Part shown: piece after piece, positions 38,550 to 50,396 of the stretch
Numbering within the stretch: position 1 is the stretch's first letter
Layout of the letters: every line of letters starts with the position of its first letter
DNA from: an uncultured delta proteobacterium
GTDB lineage: Bacteria > Myxococcota_A > Polyangia > Fen-1088
NCBI GenBank assembly: GCA_963796685.1
Contig: CAWCMR010000025.1
Span: 1,952,001-2,016,000, forward strand
Direction of reading: 5' to 3'
Length of the DNA: 64,000 nucleotides
Program-made: the position numbers and the translations under genes
The notes under the pieces: model-generated
Databases searched by the model: none
Told to the model about the DNA's origin: nothing
The model's input: only the letters and a program-made list of their open reading frames with translations

Positions 38550-39074
38550 ATGGCCCAAGCGAACCTAAACGAATGGCTTACCCAGTTCTGCGAGTGGCAC
38601 GACGGCTTCAAGAAGGGCTCTCTGCCGGCGGAGACAAGCGGGGCCTACATGCAGGGCCGTCGCGAGCTTTGCTCGGCCTTGCTCATGGCCCAGCGTCTGG
38701 CCATCGAGCCGGGAGCGGCCGCGCGAGGCGCTCTTCGCGTGGCACGCGCGTACCAAATCGAATTCGGCCTTCCATCGGGCGCCGTGACCGCCATCACCAG
38801 CGACGTCAGCACGAGCGGGCTATCCGCCTTGGTGGCGGAAGCGCCAGCCGACGGGACGGTGCTGTGGATGCGGCTCAAGATCGGTGGCGGGGCTGTCATC
38901 GTCGGGCGTTGCCAGGTGGTGAAGAACCTGCCCAAACAGGGCAGTATTCTGATGTGCGTGGCGTTCGAAGGCCTGCCCGCGGAGGCGCGCGAAAAGATTG
39001 AAACCGTCGTCTGCGATGTGGTGGTAAGCGAGCTGCGCGCTTCGCTGCGCCAGCGCCACGCGGCCGTGGGCTGA
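38550..39074 (+). CDS. PilZ-domain protein
   Basis: RGALRV (RxxxR) and DVSTSG (DxSxxG) c-di-GMP-binding motifs. Confidence 0.8.
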   Translation: MAQANLNEWLTQFCEWHDGFKKGSLPAETSGAYMQGRRELCSALLMAQRLAIEPGAAARGALRVARAYQIEFGLPSGAVTAITSDVSTSGLSALVAEAPADGTVLWMRLKIGGGAVIVGRCQVVKNLPKQGSILMCVAFEGLPAEAREKIETVVCDVVVSELRASLRQRHAAVG

Positions 39075-39199
39075 CCCTCCAGCGGTGGGCTGGGGCTGTC
39101 CCCGACGGTGACCCGAATCCGGGTCCTAGGACTTGTCCTGTTGCACGGTGGCTTCTTGCGGTAGTATGCGACCCCTGTCCACAACCACAAGGAGAGCAC

Positions 39200-40591
<1,392 letters not shown>

Positions 40592-40623
40592 TCGAAAAAC
40601 GCACCCCTAGGTGCGACGAACGA

Positions 40624-40663
40624 AAAGGGCTCGGGGACTTCGCAAGAAGGTCCCGGGCCCTTT
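40624..40663 (+). terminator. Intrinsic terminator hairpin
   Basis: AAAGGGCTCGGGGACTTC-GCAA-GAAGGTCCCGGGCCCTTT downstream of ompA. Confidence 0.75.
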
Positions 40664-40705
40664 ACTATTGGGGGAGGGTTTTCCATCATCTTCGAGAGGT
40701 AGGTC

Positions 40706-40807
40706 ACCACCGAGGACACAGCGGCCCGCAGAATGAAGGGTTCTCCGGATCTCGATCCGAACCCTTCATTTCTCATCCGTCTCCGTGCTCTCTGTGTCCT
40801 CTGTGGT
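40706..40807. repeat. About 100-bp fold-back (MITE/REPIN-like) element
   Basis: ACCACCGAGGACACAG (40706-40721) pairs with CTGTGTCCTCTGTGGT (40792-40807); inner stem AATGAAGGGTT/AACCCTTCATT. Confidence 0.65.
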
Positions 40808-40848
40808 TAGAATCCGGAAATTGGTCGGGTTTCAAACCGTTCGGTGCT

Positions 40849-42954
40849 CTAGAAGTCGGAGCCGTCTTTCGCGTAGTGCGTGTTCACGGTGAGCGACAGA
40901 TTCAACGGTTGGGCGTAGAGCTGGCGGTAGCGGGCGTAGATACCGAGGACGCGCTTGATGTATTCGCGGGCCTGGTCGTAGGTGATGAGCTCGACGAATT
41001 CGTCGAGAGGTCGGCCGGCCCACTGGTCGCACCAACGCATCATCGCGTGCGCGCCGGCATTGTAGGCGCCAGCGGCAAGGGCCTCCTGGCCCTGGAAGCG
41101 ACGGAGAAGATTGCCCAGGTAGGCGACGCCAAGGTGCAGGTTGGTGTCGGGATCGAAGAGCTCGTCGGCATAGGATGCGAGCACGAGATTCTTGGCCACC
41201 TCGGCGGCGGTGGTGGGAATCAGTTGCAACAGGCCGCGCGCGTCCGACCCCGAAACCGCGAAGGGCAGGTACGTCGATTCCTTTCTCATGATGGCGTAGA
41301 TGAACAGCTCGGGGCTACCGAACTCCTTGCCGTAATCTCGGGCGGCGTCGCGATAGGCGCGCGGATAGGCGGCCTCCCAAAAGAGGCGCGCGCCGTCGCC
41401 CAGCGCGGCCTCGCCGGATGACTCCGCAAGCTTGAAGGCGCGGTGGAATGCCAGGAGGCGCGCGTAGGTGGCTAGCAGGAAGGGCAGCGCGTGTCCCTTG
41501 CCGTTGCGCTTGAGAACCCCCGATTCGTTGCGCTCGAGCTCGGCGCCTGCTTCGATTTTGAGCCCCACGCGCTCGAGCTCGAGAGCGCGCGCGACCACGG
41601 GATCGCGCAAGGACGCGGGCCCGACCGCCCGGCCGGTTAGTTGCGGCCAGGGCAACGATTCGCCGAGCTCGCGCAGCCGCGCCCGCGCCAGCAGGCCGTA
41701 GTAATGGTATGGGGCTCGGCTCACGCACTCGCGCAGGAGGGCCCGCGCTTCGTCTTGCCGTCCGGCTTGCGCGAGGATGCGCGCGCGCCAGTAGCGTGCG
41801 CGCAGGGCCGCCTCCTCGTTGCGTCGCCCGGCGATCTCGGCATAGGTGGTGATGGCCTGCAAGGCTTGCGCCGAATCGCCAAGCAAGTAGTACGCGAAGG
41901 CGAGATACCAGGCGGCGTCGTCGGCGAAAGCGCTCTTGGGGTAACGCTGCAAGGTCTCGCGCAGACCCGGCAAGGCCTCGCGAAAATGTCCACGGTTGAT
42001 TTCCAGCCAGCCCGAGCGGAACTGCGCCTCGGCAGCCCAGCTGGAATTGGGATAGCTCGCGACCACGGTTCGATAATTGGCGATGGCCTCGTCGTCGCGG
42101 TCGATGCGCGACAAGGCGCGCGCGCCGTGGAACGTGGCGAAGGCCGCCTTCTCTCCAGGGAGCTTGGGTGCCACGCCGAGGAGAAGTGCCGCCGCTTGGG
42201 CGTAGTCGCGACGCGCGTGGTACTTGGCCATGCCCATCGCCAGATCGCGCTCGACGGCCAGGTCTTGGGGCAGGGAAGCGGGCAAGCGCGCAAGCTCGTC
42301 GAGGGCCTCCTGGAAGTGACGGCCCTTGGACAGCGTGGCTGCCCGCTGCAGACGCTCGCTCGGCGATGGCTCGCTGGCCACCGATTTGTCCGCGGTCGCT
42401 GGCGCCAGCAGTGCGGCGCGCCTGCCGGCCTCGTCGCCGAGCGGGTGCGCGGGAAAATCCACGTGAACCTGCATGAAGGCACGCGCCGCCGCGTCCGTCG
42501 CCGATCTGGCGTCCTTGGCGTACGGTGCCGCCTCGGCTTGTGCCTCCGCCATGCGAAAACGCGCCACCGCCTGATCGAACGCAGGTTTGCCGCCGAGGAG
42601 CTTGCGATAGGCAACGGCCGCCTCCTCGTGCTTGCCCTCCATCCACAGGCAATCGGCGACCCGTGCCGGCGCCGCTGCGGCGAAACGCGAATCGCGCTGC
42701 TTGCCCAGCTCCGAAAAGGCCGCACGAGCCTTGGCGTAGGCGCCGGCATAGAACTGACTTTCGCCCAGAAAATAGAGGTAGTAGTCCTTGTTCTTGGGCA
42801 GGGCATCGCCGAGCCCGGGTAGGGCGCGCGCGGATTCCTCGTAATCACCAGCCCGGAACGCGGACAGAGCCTTCCCGAAGTCGCCGGCCTCCGTGCGCGT
42901 CTTGGTCGTGGCGGAAGCGGCAAGCACGAGTACTGCGAAGACGGCGGGCGACAT
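40849..42954 (-). CDS. Slt70-like lytic transglycosylase with TPR repeats
   Basis: TPR superhelix; YAIMRKES, ARGLLQL, AYNAG, EFVELI...YIKRV. Confidence 0.92.
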   Translation of the reverse strand: MSPAVFAVLVLAASATTKTRTEAGDFGKALSAFRAGDYEESARALPGLGDALPKNKDYYLYFLGESQFYAGAYAKARAAFSELGKQRDSRFAAAAPARVADCLWMEGKHEEAAVAYRKLLGGKPAFDQAVARFRMAEAQAEAAPYAKDARSATDAAARAFMQVHVDFPAHPLGDEAGRRAALLAPATADKSVASEPSPSERLQRAATLSKGRHFQEALDELARLPASLPQDLAVERDLAMGMAKYHARRDYAQAAALLLGVAPKLPGEKAAFATFHGARALSRIDRDDEAIANYRTVVASYPNSSWAAEAQFRSGWLEINRGHFREALPGLRETLQRYPKSAFADDAAWYLAFAYYLLGDSAQALQAITTYAEIAGRRNEEAALRARYWRARILAQAGRQDEARALLRECVSRAPYHYYGLLARARLRELGESLPWPQLTGRAVGPASLRDPVVARALELERVGLKIEAGAELERNESGVLKRNGKGHALPFLLATYARLLAFHRAFKLAESSGEAALGDGARLFWEAAYPRAYRDAARDYGKEFGSPELFIYAIMRKESTYLPFAVSGSDARGLLQLIPTTAAEVAKNLVLASYADELFDPDTNLHLGVAYLGNLLRRFQGQEALAAGAYNAGAHAMMRWCDQWAGRPLDEFVELITYDQAREYIKRVLGIYARYRQLYAQPLNLSLTVNTHYAKDGSDF

Positions 42955-42997
42955 GGCCGACGACTATAGCGCAGCCGTTCCCGAAAGATGCCTAGGT

Positions 42998-43213
42998 CGA
43001 CTTGCGCCGGCTCCGCCTCCACGGCCTCATCGCCCGCATCCCGGGCACCCGGCGCTATGTCGTGACCTCCTATGGCCTCAACGTCGCCTTCTTCTATTAA
43101 AGGTCTACATCCGCATCCTGCGGCCTGGCTGGGCTGCTCTTGCCGCCGACGATCACGCCGACATTCCGCGCCCAATAGGCACCATCCTCAACAATCTCGA
43201 CGTGCCCCCATGA
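42998..43213 (+). pseudogene. Degraded C-terminal fragment of a probable mobile-element protein
   Basis: DLRRLRLHGLIARIPGTRRYVVTSYGLNVAFFY, then a frameshift to KVYIRILRPGWAAL; winged-helix-like tail with no N-terminus. Confidence 0.45.
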
Positions 43214-43310
43214 AGGGGTCTGGTTCCCGGCTGGCGTTGGCGCGTGGCGACGTGGCGCTCGCGGTTTTCGCTCGCTGATCGGTCGCTGACGCTGTTACCC
43301 TTGCGCCATA

Positions 43311-44713
43311 ATGATGAAGGCGGGCAATTCGGAAAAGTGGCTGTCCTTTGTTCTTGTGTTGGGGTTGGCGCAGGCCTGCGGGGGCAGTCTCCACCCGAGC
43401 GGGGCCGGTGGAACGGACGCGAAAGGCGACTCAGCCGCAACGGCTGGCGGAGGCAGCAGTGGCACGGGCGGAGCTCAGGTGACCGGAGGTGCGTCGGGGA
43501 CCGGCAGCGCCATTCCTGGGACCGGGGGCATCTTGGGTAGCGGCGGGAGCAATCCAGGCACCGGGGGCGGCGCCTTTGGAGGCAGCGGTGGTGGGGACAG
43601 CGGAGGAGGGGCAGGCGGGACAGCCCTGGGCGGAAGCGCAGGCAGAGTCGGCAGCGGTGGCACCAGCAGCGGCGGTAGCGGTGGCACCGGCGGAGGTGCG
43701 GGCTCGATGGCAAGCGGCGGGAGAAGTGGAAGCTTGGCCGGCGCAGGTGGAAGCGCAGGAGCCGCAGGTGCAAGCACGGGAGAGGGAGGGCATCTGGGTG
43801 GAGCGTCCGGCAGTGGGGGCGCAAGCGGCGGCGCAGCGGGGTGAGTGGGAGCGCCGGCGACTCGTCCGGTACCGCGGGCACGGGCGGCACAGGCGCCGGC
43901 GGAGCCGTCACACTGATGACGGGATCTTGTACGGCTCCGTGTGGGCTCAAGTTCGGCACGACACCGCTGCCCGGCTCGTCCGCAACGTCGCAAGGCGCGC
44001 TCCTTTACTACAATTTCGACACCGGCGTCGCCACGCTCGAAGATGCTCCCGAGGGAACCGGCACGACTGGAAAGGCCATCCTGATGTTCGAGTTCGAATC
44101 CGCCAACGATTCTTCCCACGATCGCGGGTACAGCATTTATACCCAAGGGAACAATCTCTGGGACGAATTCACCGAGCCTTATCAATACGACACCACGGTG
44201 GGACCCTACAGTGTCGCGCAGTTCGTCCTCATGACAGACGAGCTCGTCGATGTAGCCTCGAACACGCTGCTGGTCGCCAAGTACTACCTGGCGGATCACG
44301 GCGTGGTCATTCAGTCCATCGCGGTGCCAAGCTGCACGACAGGGGCGGGTGCTTGTCAGTCGGCGACCAGTTGTCCCATCGTCGATAGCGGCGCAGCCGG
44401 TTCTCCGTCCGCGACGTGCGATGCGAGCTGCTCCGGTGCTGACGCATGCGCCGCCCAGTGCGTGGCCGATGCGACAGGCCTGCCGTTGGCATGCGCCGAT
44501 TGCTACGCCCGCTTCGTAGCTTGCTCGAGAACGAAGTGCCCGGGCCAGTATGAGTGCCCGACGCCCAGACTGGCCGGTAACGGTTGCCTGAGATGTGAGG
44601 TCGACCAGGGGTGTCACCACGACTTCATGGCCTGCAGCGGTCTTGACTATATGCCGCTCGGAACCTTCGTGTTGCCGCTGCCTAGCCCCAATGCCAGTCG
44701 GTTAAGCATTTGA
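43311..44713 (+). pseudogene. Gly-rich lipoprotein split by a one-base frameshift; 3' end altered by IS4
   Basis: Lipobox LAQAC; the Gly/Ser linker continues across ORFs 43311-43844 and 43841-44713 if G4 (43838-43841) were G5; Cys-rich C-terminus. Confidence 0.7.
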
Positions 44714-44936
44714 TGGCCGTTTTCTCGGGAAATTGCTCATTTTGATCTTCACGGCCCGTGGATATCTGCGGGCCGTGCGCCGCTCTGGGAGAACAAGGCT
44801 GGTGAAGAGCTCTCGCATGGTCTTGAGGCGAGTAGGCAAAGCGCCGGGCGAGGCGAGCGCACACCATGACCAGGTGTCACAGATGATCCGAAGTGACGTG
44901 ACGAAGCTGATGCGCGTGGGCTCGACGCCGAAATCG

Positions 44937-46347
44937 GGCTCTCCTGACATCTTCGTAAGGGGAGATCTCGTAGGTGCGACGCACGTCGTCGACGGAGATG
45001 TGGGCGGCATGAGTTTCGGGTGAGGTGGAGACGAAGTGCGCACGGGCACCTGGGGTATCGTGTGGCTTGTCTAGAACCCACAAGCCCAGGAGCCCATGCG
45101 CGCAACCACCCTATTCCGAAACCTACTCCAATTTCCACATACCCGTGTCCTGGCGGTCGAATTCGATCTGCTTGGCATATTGGTGCACGTGGCGCCAACG
45201 ACGACCGTTCCCTACTGCTCAGGCTGCGGATGTCGGGTCCATGACGTGTTCGATGCTCGGGCTCGGAACTGGCGGCATCTGGACGCGTGCGGGATGGAGG
45301 TTCTTCTGCGCTACACCCTGCGCAGGGTTGACTGTCCTCGGTGCGGCGTGGTCATCGAGATGGTCCCTTGGGCCGAGCCGAAGGTCGGCTTCACGCGTGA
45401 CTTCGAGGACCATGTGGCCTATCTGGCCCAACAAGCAAGCCAGACGATGGTGGCCGAAACCATGCGCATCGCGTGGCGCACCGTCGGCGCCATCATCCAG
45501 CGGGTGGTGCCGCGGCACCGAGATCCTAGCCTTCTCCTCGAGGACCTCGAACACATCGGCGTCGACGAGTTGTCGTACCGGCGGCACCATGAGTACGTCA
45601 CCGTCGTTGTCGACCACGTCTCGCAGCGGGTCGTCTGGGCACACGAGGGCAAGAACGCTGCGACGCTCGGCTGCTTCTTCGACGCTCTCGGCCCGGAACG
45701 AACTAGCAAGCTCAAGACCGTCACCATCGACATGTCCGCGGCCTACATCGACGCGGTCACCTCGCGAGCGCCACAAGCGCAGATCGTCTTCGACCGCTTC
45801 CACGTTCAGAGACTCGTGCAGGAAGCACTCGACGAGCTCCGGCGTGCGGAGGTCCGACTCCTGGAGGACACCGACGAACGCGGGCAACTGAAGAAGACCA
45901 AGTACCTTCTGCTCAAGAATCCGTGGAACCTATCCAGGGCCGAGTCTGAGAGGCTGTCGACCCTCCCGAAGACCAATGCCCGACTCTATCGCGGCTACCT
46001 GCTCAAGATCGCCATCTGCGACATCCTCGGTCGTCGCCAGGTCAACGTCGTCAAACAGAAGCTCGAAGAATGGATCAGTTGGGCCAGGCGATCCAGACTA
46101 CCTTCCTTCAAGAAGGTCGCCGCGACCATCAAGAAATACCTGGACGGCATCGTGGCCATTGTCGCCACAGGGCTCAATAACGGAAGAACCGAGGGCCTTA
46201 ATGGCAAGATCAGGGTCATCACCCGCAGGGCCTATGGCTTCCACAACGCTCAAGCCCTCATTGGCTTCATCTTCCTCTGCTGCTCAGGCGTTGTCCTTCA
46301 TCCCGTCTTCAAGGTGCCCGCGCTTCCATGAAGATGTCAGGAGAGCC
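44937..46347 (+). mobile_element. ISL3-family insertion sequence (1411 bp)
   Basis: IR GGCTCTCCTGACATCTTC at both ends; 8-bp TSD CGAAATCG (44929-44936, 46348-46355). Confidence 0.95.
45096..46331 (+). CDS. ISL3 transposase
   Basis: Zn finger CSGC/CPRC, WRHLD, VPWA, GVDE, IDMS, DRFHV, NGRTEGLNGKI, RRAYGF. Confidence 0.95.
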   Translation: MRATTLFRNLLQFPHTRVLAVEFDLLGILVHVAPTTTVPYCSGCGCRVHDVFDARARNWRHLDACGMEVLLRYTLRRVDCPRCGVVIEMVPWAEPKVGFTRDFEDHVAYLAQQASQTMVAETMRIAWRTVGAIIQRVVPRHRDPSLLLEDLEHIGVDELSYRRHHEYVTVVVDHVSQRVVWAHEGKNAATLGCFFDALGPERTSKLKTVTIDMSAAYIDAVTSRAPQAQIVFDRFHVQRLVQEALDELRRAEVRLLEDTDERGQLKKTKYLLLKNPWNLSRAESERLSTLPKTNARLYRGYLLKIAICDILGRRQVNVVKQKLEEWISWARRSRLPSFKKVAATIKKYLDGIVAIVATGLNNGRTEGLNGKIRVITRRAYGFHNAQALIGFIFLCCSGVVLHPVFKVPALP

Positions 46348-47643
46348 CGAAATCGTCGGCAGTCCTTTCCATTTCGAGGCGAATCAAGTTGTATGCGAGA
46401 AGAATGCCCCACAATTCCTGCTCGACGCCAGCGACGCTGCGGCAGCGGATGCTTTCGAGACGGTCGAGCATATCGGTCTTGATTTCGCCATAGCCCAGTT
46501 CCAGCTCCCAGCGCTCGTGATAAAGGCGGGCGACCTCGGCAGCAGGAAAGGCGTCGGGGTCGAGCATCGAGGTGAGCACGATCTGCGGACGGAATCCCTT
46601 CACCTGGTAGGTGATCGCACGCGCCAGATAGGTCGCTGGCAAGCTTGGGTCCTGCTTTCGCGCCTCGCGCGAAACCGTCAACTCGACCAAGTCGTCGTTC
46701 TTCCCGAGGTGCTCCACGACGCGCCATTTTGTGGTCGACTTGGCGCGGGTCAGCCAATGGCGATTCTTTCCGTCGCGAGCCAGCGGCACCAGGATTCCGG
46801 CTGCCAGGAAGCCGCGGTCGACCATCACCAGCGCATTGTCCGGCACGGCTCGCCACAGAAACGCGCTCAGCGTGATTTCACTGTCTTCGTAGGGGCCGAA
46901 TTCGGCGGCCACCAGGATGTGCGAACGCAACGCCATCAACGCGGCGATTCGAACCAGCGGATAGCCACTGTCGCCTCGGTCGCCTCGGGTTCCACCGAAA
47001 TGAGCGCGATTTTCCGGAGAGTCTGCCACGCGAAGCGTGGACCCATCCACACCGTAGAGCGCCAGGCCTCTCCATGCGTGCTTGCGCGCGCTCTCGTGGC
47101 CCCACTTCTGAGCGCTCATCTCGAAGATCCGTTCCAGCGGCTCGGCACCAACGCGCGCCCGAGCCTCAGCGACCGTGCTGGGAACAACCGTTGCTCGTGG
47201 TCCAGGCAGAACCAAATTCAGCTTCCCAACCAAGTCCGCAATAGGCCACTTCCGAAACATGGCCATTCCAATCACCAGCCACACCACCTGGTCGGCCGGA
47301 AGCCGTCGCTTTCGCACCGTGGCTGTTCCAGTCGCCGCCAGAGCCTCGGCCACCCACGCAGGGTCAATGTGCTGCCTGATGCTCTCGAACTGCTCGGGCG
47401 CCGTGAATACGCTTACCGTCTTGAGGGAACTATCCAGATGCATGACCTTCTCCATCGAAGATCGATGCATGGTGACTTCGCTTCTTGCCTAAAGGCAAGA
47501 AGCGAAGTTATCCACAGGAATTCCTGATCAATTTCGATCACTTACGCGCTAACCGATCGGCATTGTGCCTAGCCCCTGAGCGCCGTCAGCGTGCCGGGCA
47601 CAGCGCTGCGATCAGGTCCCGGACACTCCGCAGAACCACGTGG

Positions 47644-48894
47644 TCAGTTGAACGTCGTGTTGGTGATGGATATGTTGGCTGTGGCAGTCTGCAAGAAGAC
47701 GCCGATCTCGGCACGCCCCGGCGAGGGCGTGTAGGCGTAGCGTGAATTGTTCACCGCGAACAAGGAACGGTCGATCCAGACATTGCCAAGCAGATCGTCG
47801 GTAGAAAAGTAGACCGCCCCCGCGCTGTCGACTGCTTCGTTGTTCGAAATCGTCGAGCCACAGATTGTCAGATTGATGCCGTTTCCATGACTGTAGATGG
47901 CGCCGCCGCAGCCGCCCCCAGGTGTGTTCGGAGCCGGTGGGATTCCGCCAAAGCTGTTTGCGCCATTGTAGGTCAACTGGGTGTTGAGAATAGTGAAGGA
48001 TGTCGAGCTTCCGCCGAGGCCGCCACCATTGGCCGCAAGGTTGCCGCAGTTACCGCTTCCGCCGAAAAGGCTATTGACGATGTAGACCTGCCCATACGCG
48101 TGTTCTGCATAAATGGCCCCCCCGGACTGGGTCCCGGACTCATTGCTTATGTTGTTGCAGAAGGAGCTAAAGAATATCTTGAGGCCGCCGCCGCGCAAGT
48201 AGACTGCCCCGCCGCCGAGGCTGTCGGAGGCCGCCGTGGCATTGGCAAGCGCCAGGTTCTGAATGACCAACGACGGATTGGGCGAGCTCGTGCAATCGCC
48301 AGCAACCTGTCCCAGGCTCTGGTCGCAGGCATCCTGATATAGGAGCCTAGTCGTGTCGCCACCACTCAGCACCACCTTGCTTCCTCCGTCGATGACCCGG
48401 TGGCCAAGACCGTCAGGCCCCGCGTTGTTGAGGAGCTTGATTTGATGGTCGAGCGTGATAGTGGCTTGATCGTGCCCGCAGTTGAAGGTGACGACTCCGC
48501 CTTTTTGCACGGCAGTCTCGAATGCCGCCGCCGTGCAGCCCGCAGGCGTGCCATCGCCGACCACGGTCGCGCCGGCCGTCGACTCGGGTTGAGCGTCGGC
48601 TGGGACATCGCAGGTCCCCACCGCCACCGTGCTGGCTGTCGAGCCCCCCGTGGAGGGTGCACCACCCTGGCTGGAGATCCCGCCACTCCCTGCCGTTCCT
48701 CCTGTGAGACCTCCCGTTCCGGTGGCGCTGCCGCCGGAGCCACCCAGGACCGCTCCTCCGGTCCCGCTATGGCCCCCTTCGCCCGAGCTCTGCGAGCTCG
48801 AGCTGTGGCAGGCACTTAGCAGGACAGTGGCGAGACAGACATACGGGATGGCGGCGATGATTGCGCGATGCATGATTTTCCTCAGCACAGCCAT
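47644..48894 (-). CDS. Gly-rich lipoprotein with right-handed beta-helix (pectin-lyase/Pmp-like GGAI repeats)
   Basis: LLSAC lipobox; VVGDGTPAGCT, GGVVTFNCG, repeated GGAVY/GGAIY and F/I-xxN. Confidence 0.8.
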   Translation of the reverse strand: MAVLRKIMHRAIIAAIPYVCLATVLLSACHSSSSQSSGEGGHSGTGGAVLGGSGGSATGTGGLTGGTAGSGGISSQGGAPSTGGSTASTVAVGTCDVPADAQPESTAGATVVGDGTPAGCTAAAFETAVQKGGVVTFNCGHDQATITLDHQIKLLNNAGPDGLGHRVIDGGSKVVLSGGDTTRLLYQDACDQSLGQVAGDCTSSPNPSLVIQNLALANATAASDSLGGGAVYLRGGGLKIFFSSFCNNISNESGTQSGGAIYAEHAYGQVYIVNSLFGGSGNCGNLAANGGGLGGSSTSFTILNTQLTYNGANSFGGIPPAPNTPGGGCGGAIYSHGNGINLTICGSTISNNEAVDSAGAVYFSTDDLLGNVWIDRSLFAVNNSRYAYTPSPGRAEIGVFLQTATANISITNTTFN

Positions 48895-48992
48895 ACTACC
48901 GCAGCTTCGCGATCCTCAGCCGGAGAATCGCCCGCTGACGCCGCCCACGAACCAACTCCGAGATGCCGCCCGCTTGCCAGCCTGCCGCTCGC

Positions 48993-50213
48993 TCACTCGA
49001 CTGGCTTTACCATGCGTCCCATGAAGATGATCGCGCCGCTCTTCACGTCGCGGATCAGGTACAAGAACGGATGGTTCGCATGGAAGATGACCGGTGGCGG
49101 TGGCGGCGGCCCCAAGGCTTGAGACTGGTTCACGAGATCCATCTCGAAAGCAGTTACCGCCGCAGCCGCCGTCCCCTTCTCGTTGGTTTCGAGCCAAGCC
49201 TTCTGGATTGCATCCCCGATGAACAGCCTAGTCTCGGTCACGCCCGAAAAGTCCGCGTGATTGGGATCGAAAGCCTGACGGATCCCCATCGTTTTCAGCA
49301 TGCCTACCAACGGCAACTCTGTCTCCACAGTGAAGCGGGGCAACTCCAGATCCACCTTCTTGTATTCCAGAGCTCCGATCCACCCGGCGTGCGAAGTGCC
49401 CAGCTGGTCCTCGATCCTCTCCAGGCCGTCAACGTCGCTCGGCAGAACCACAATCATCGACAGACCACCCTTGTAGGGCAGCTCGACCAGCTTTGCCCCA
49501 CCCACTTGCGCATACCGGAACATCGAGATCTGTCTCATCATCTTGACCGAGGTCTCTTCCTCCACGGTGGTGAACTTGCCGTCATAGGTCGCGCGTTCGT
49601 CGAACGGCTGCTGCCACCCACCCATCATGTAGACGGCATTGGCCAGGACCATGCGAGCCGCCGGGTTAAGCTTGCCGAGGATTTGCGGAATGCGGCCATG
49701 GGTCTCGTCGGAGGACCATTGGTTAATGGCGGACAGCGCGGCTTCGCGGTTAGTTGCGAAGTCCACCTTAGCCAGCGGCGCGTGAAAACCGTCGCGAAGC
49801 CGTGAAACATACTCCGGCCGCAGCTTGAGGTCTTTCTGCACCCACACGCGATCGGCCACGTTCAGCACCAGACCGTCATTACCGTTGCGCGATGTTAGTG
49901 CGTTGAGAATGGCGGCAAACGATCTATAGGTCTCGTCGAGGTTCGCGGGATCGATGTGCAGCGTGTGCAGCATCTCGTTCTGGGTTTCACCTTCCGCGCC
50001 CGCAGCGACCATGGTCAGCGCGATGGCTGCCCCGGCGGGCGAGCACACAAAGTTGTCCTGGTCTCTTCGAGCCTGGCGGTAGAAGTCGAATCCGAAGGCA
50101 TTGCAGGCCTTCACCGCCCCGTCTACTGTCGAGGCTTTGAAGCTGGAGGCGCAGCCTCCGGCTAACAAGGCCAACGAAGTCGCGGCAATGGCGGCGGAAA
50201 CGCGCATACTCAT
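48993..50213 (-). CDS. Serpin family protease inhibitor (lipoprotein)
   Basis: LLAGGC lipobox; NAFGFDFY, GAEGET, INQWSSDETHGRIP, LANAVY, LPRF, NEKGTAAAAVT hinge, FHANHPFLYLI, FMGR. Confidence 0.95.
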   Translation of the reverse strand: MSMRVSAAIAATSLALLAGGCASSFKASTVDGAVKACNAFGFDFYRQARRDQDNFVCSPAGAAIALTMVAAGAEGETQNEMLHTLHIDPANLDETYRSFAAILNALTSRNGNDGLVLNVADRVWVQKDLKLRPEYVSRLRDGFHAPLAKVDFATNREAALSAINQWSSDETHGRIPQILGKLNPAARMVLANAVYMMGGWQQPFDERATYDGKFTTVEEETSVKMMRQISMFRYAQVGGAKLVELPYKGGLSMIVVLPSDVDGLERIEDQLGTSHAGWIGALEYKKVDLELPRFTVETELPLVGMLKTMGIRQAFDPNHADFSGVTETRLFIGDAIQKAWLETNEKGTAAAAVTAFEMDLVNQSQALGPPPPPPVIFHANHPFLYLIRDVKSGAIIFMGRMVKPVE

Positions 50214-50370
50214 GACTCCAACACTAGCGAGTCCCATGGAGAACACAAGCGGTGCTGCTTGCTCAAACTGACTCACTACCGTCTGGTCGATCAGTCGCAG
50301 ATTTTGCTACAAGCGATTGTCCAGCGATATCAAGGTGTTGCACTGCGGTGGCTCTAATGAGCAAGATATC

Positions 50371-50396
50371 TCTTGACAAGGCGTGATGTGTCAAGA
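50371..50396. promoter_or_regulatory. Perfect palindrome containing TTGACA on both strands, between divergent genes
   Basis: TCTTGACA-N10-TGTCAAGA. Confidence 0.55.

Larger units (their letters stand above)
44702..47470 (-). pseudogene. IS4 DDE transposase interrupted by ISL3
   Basis: VRKRRLP, GVDGS, DRGF, LYHERWELE; the frame resumes after the insertion (DDFG|VEPTRISF...YPRAVKIK); 449 aa when reconstituted. Confidence 0.9.
44689..47565 (-). mobile_element. IS4-family insertion sequence (1458 bp when the nested ISL3 is removed)
   Basis: IRs CAATGCCAGTCGGTTA / CAATGCCGATCGGTTA; 10-bp TSD TGCCTAGCCC (44679-44688, 47566-47575). Confidence 0.93.
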
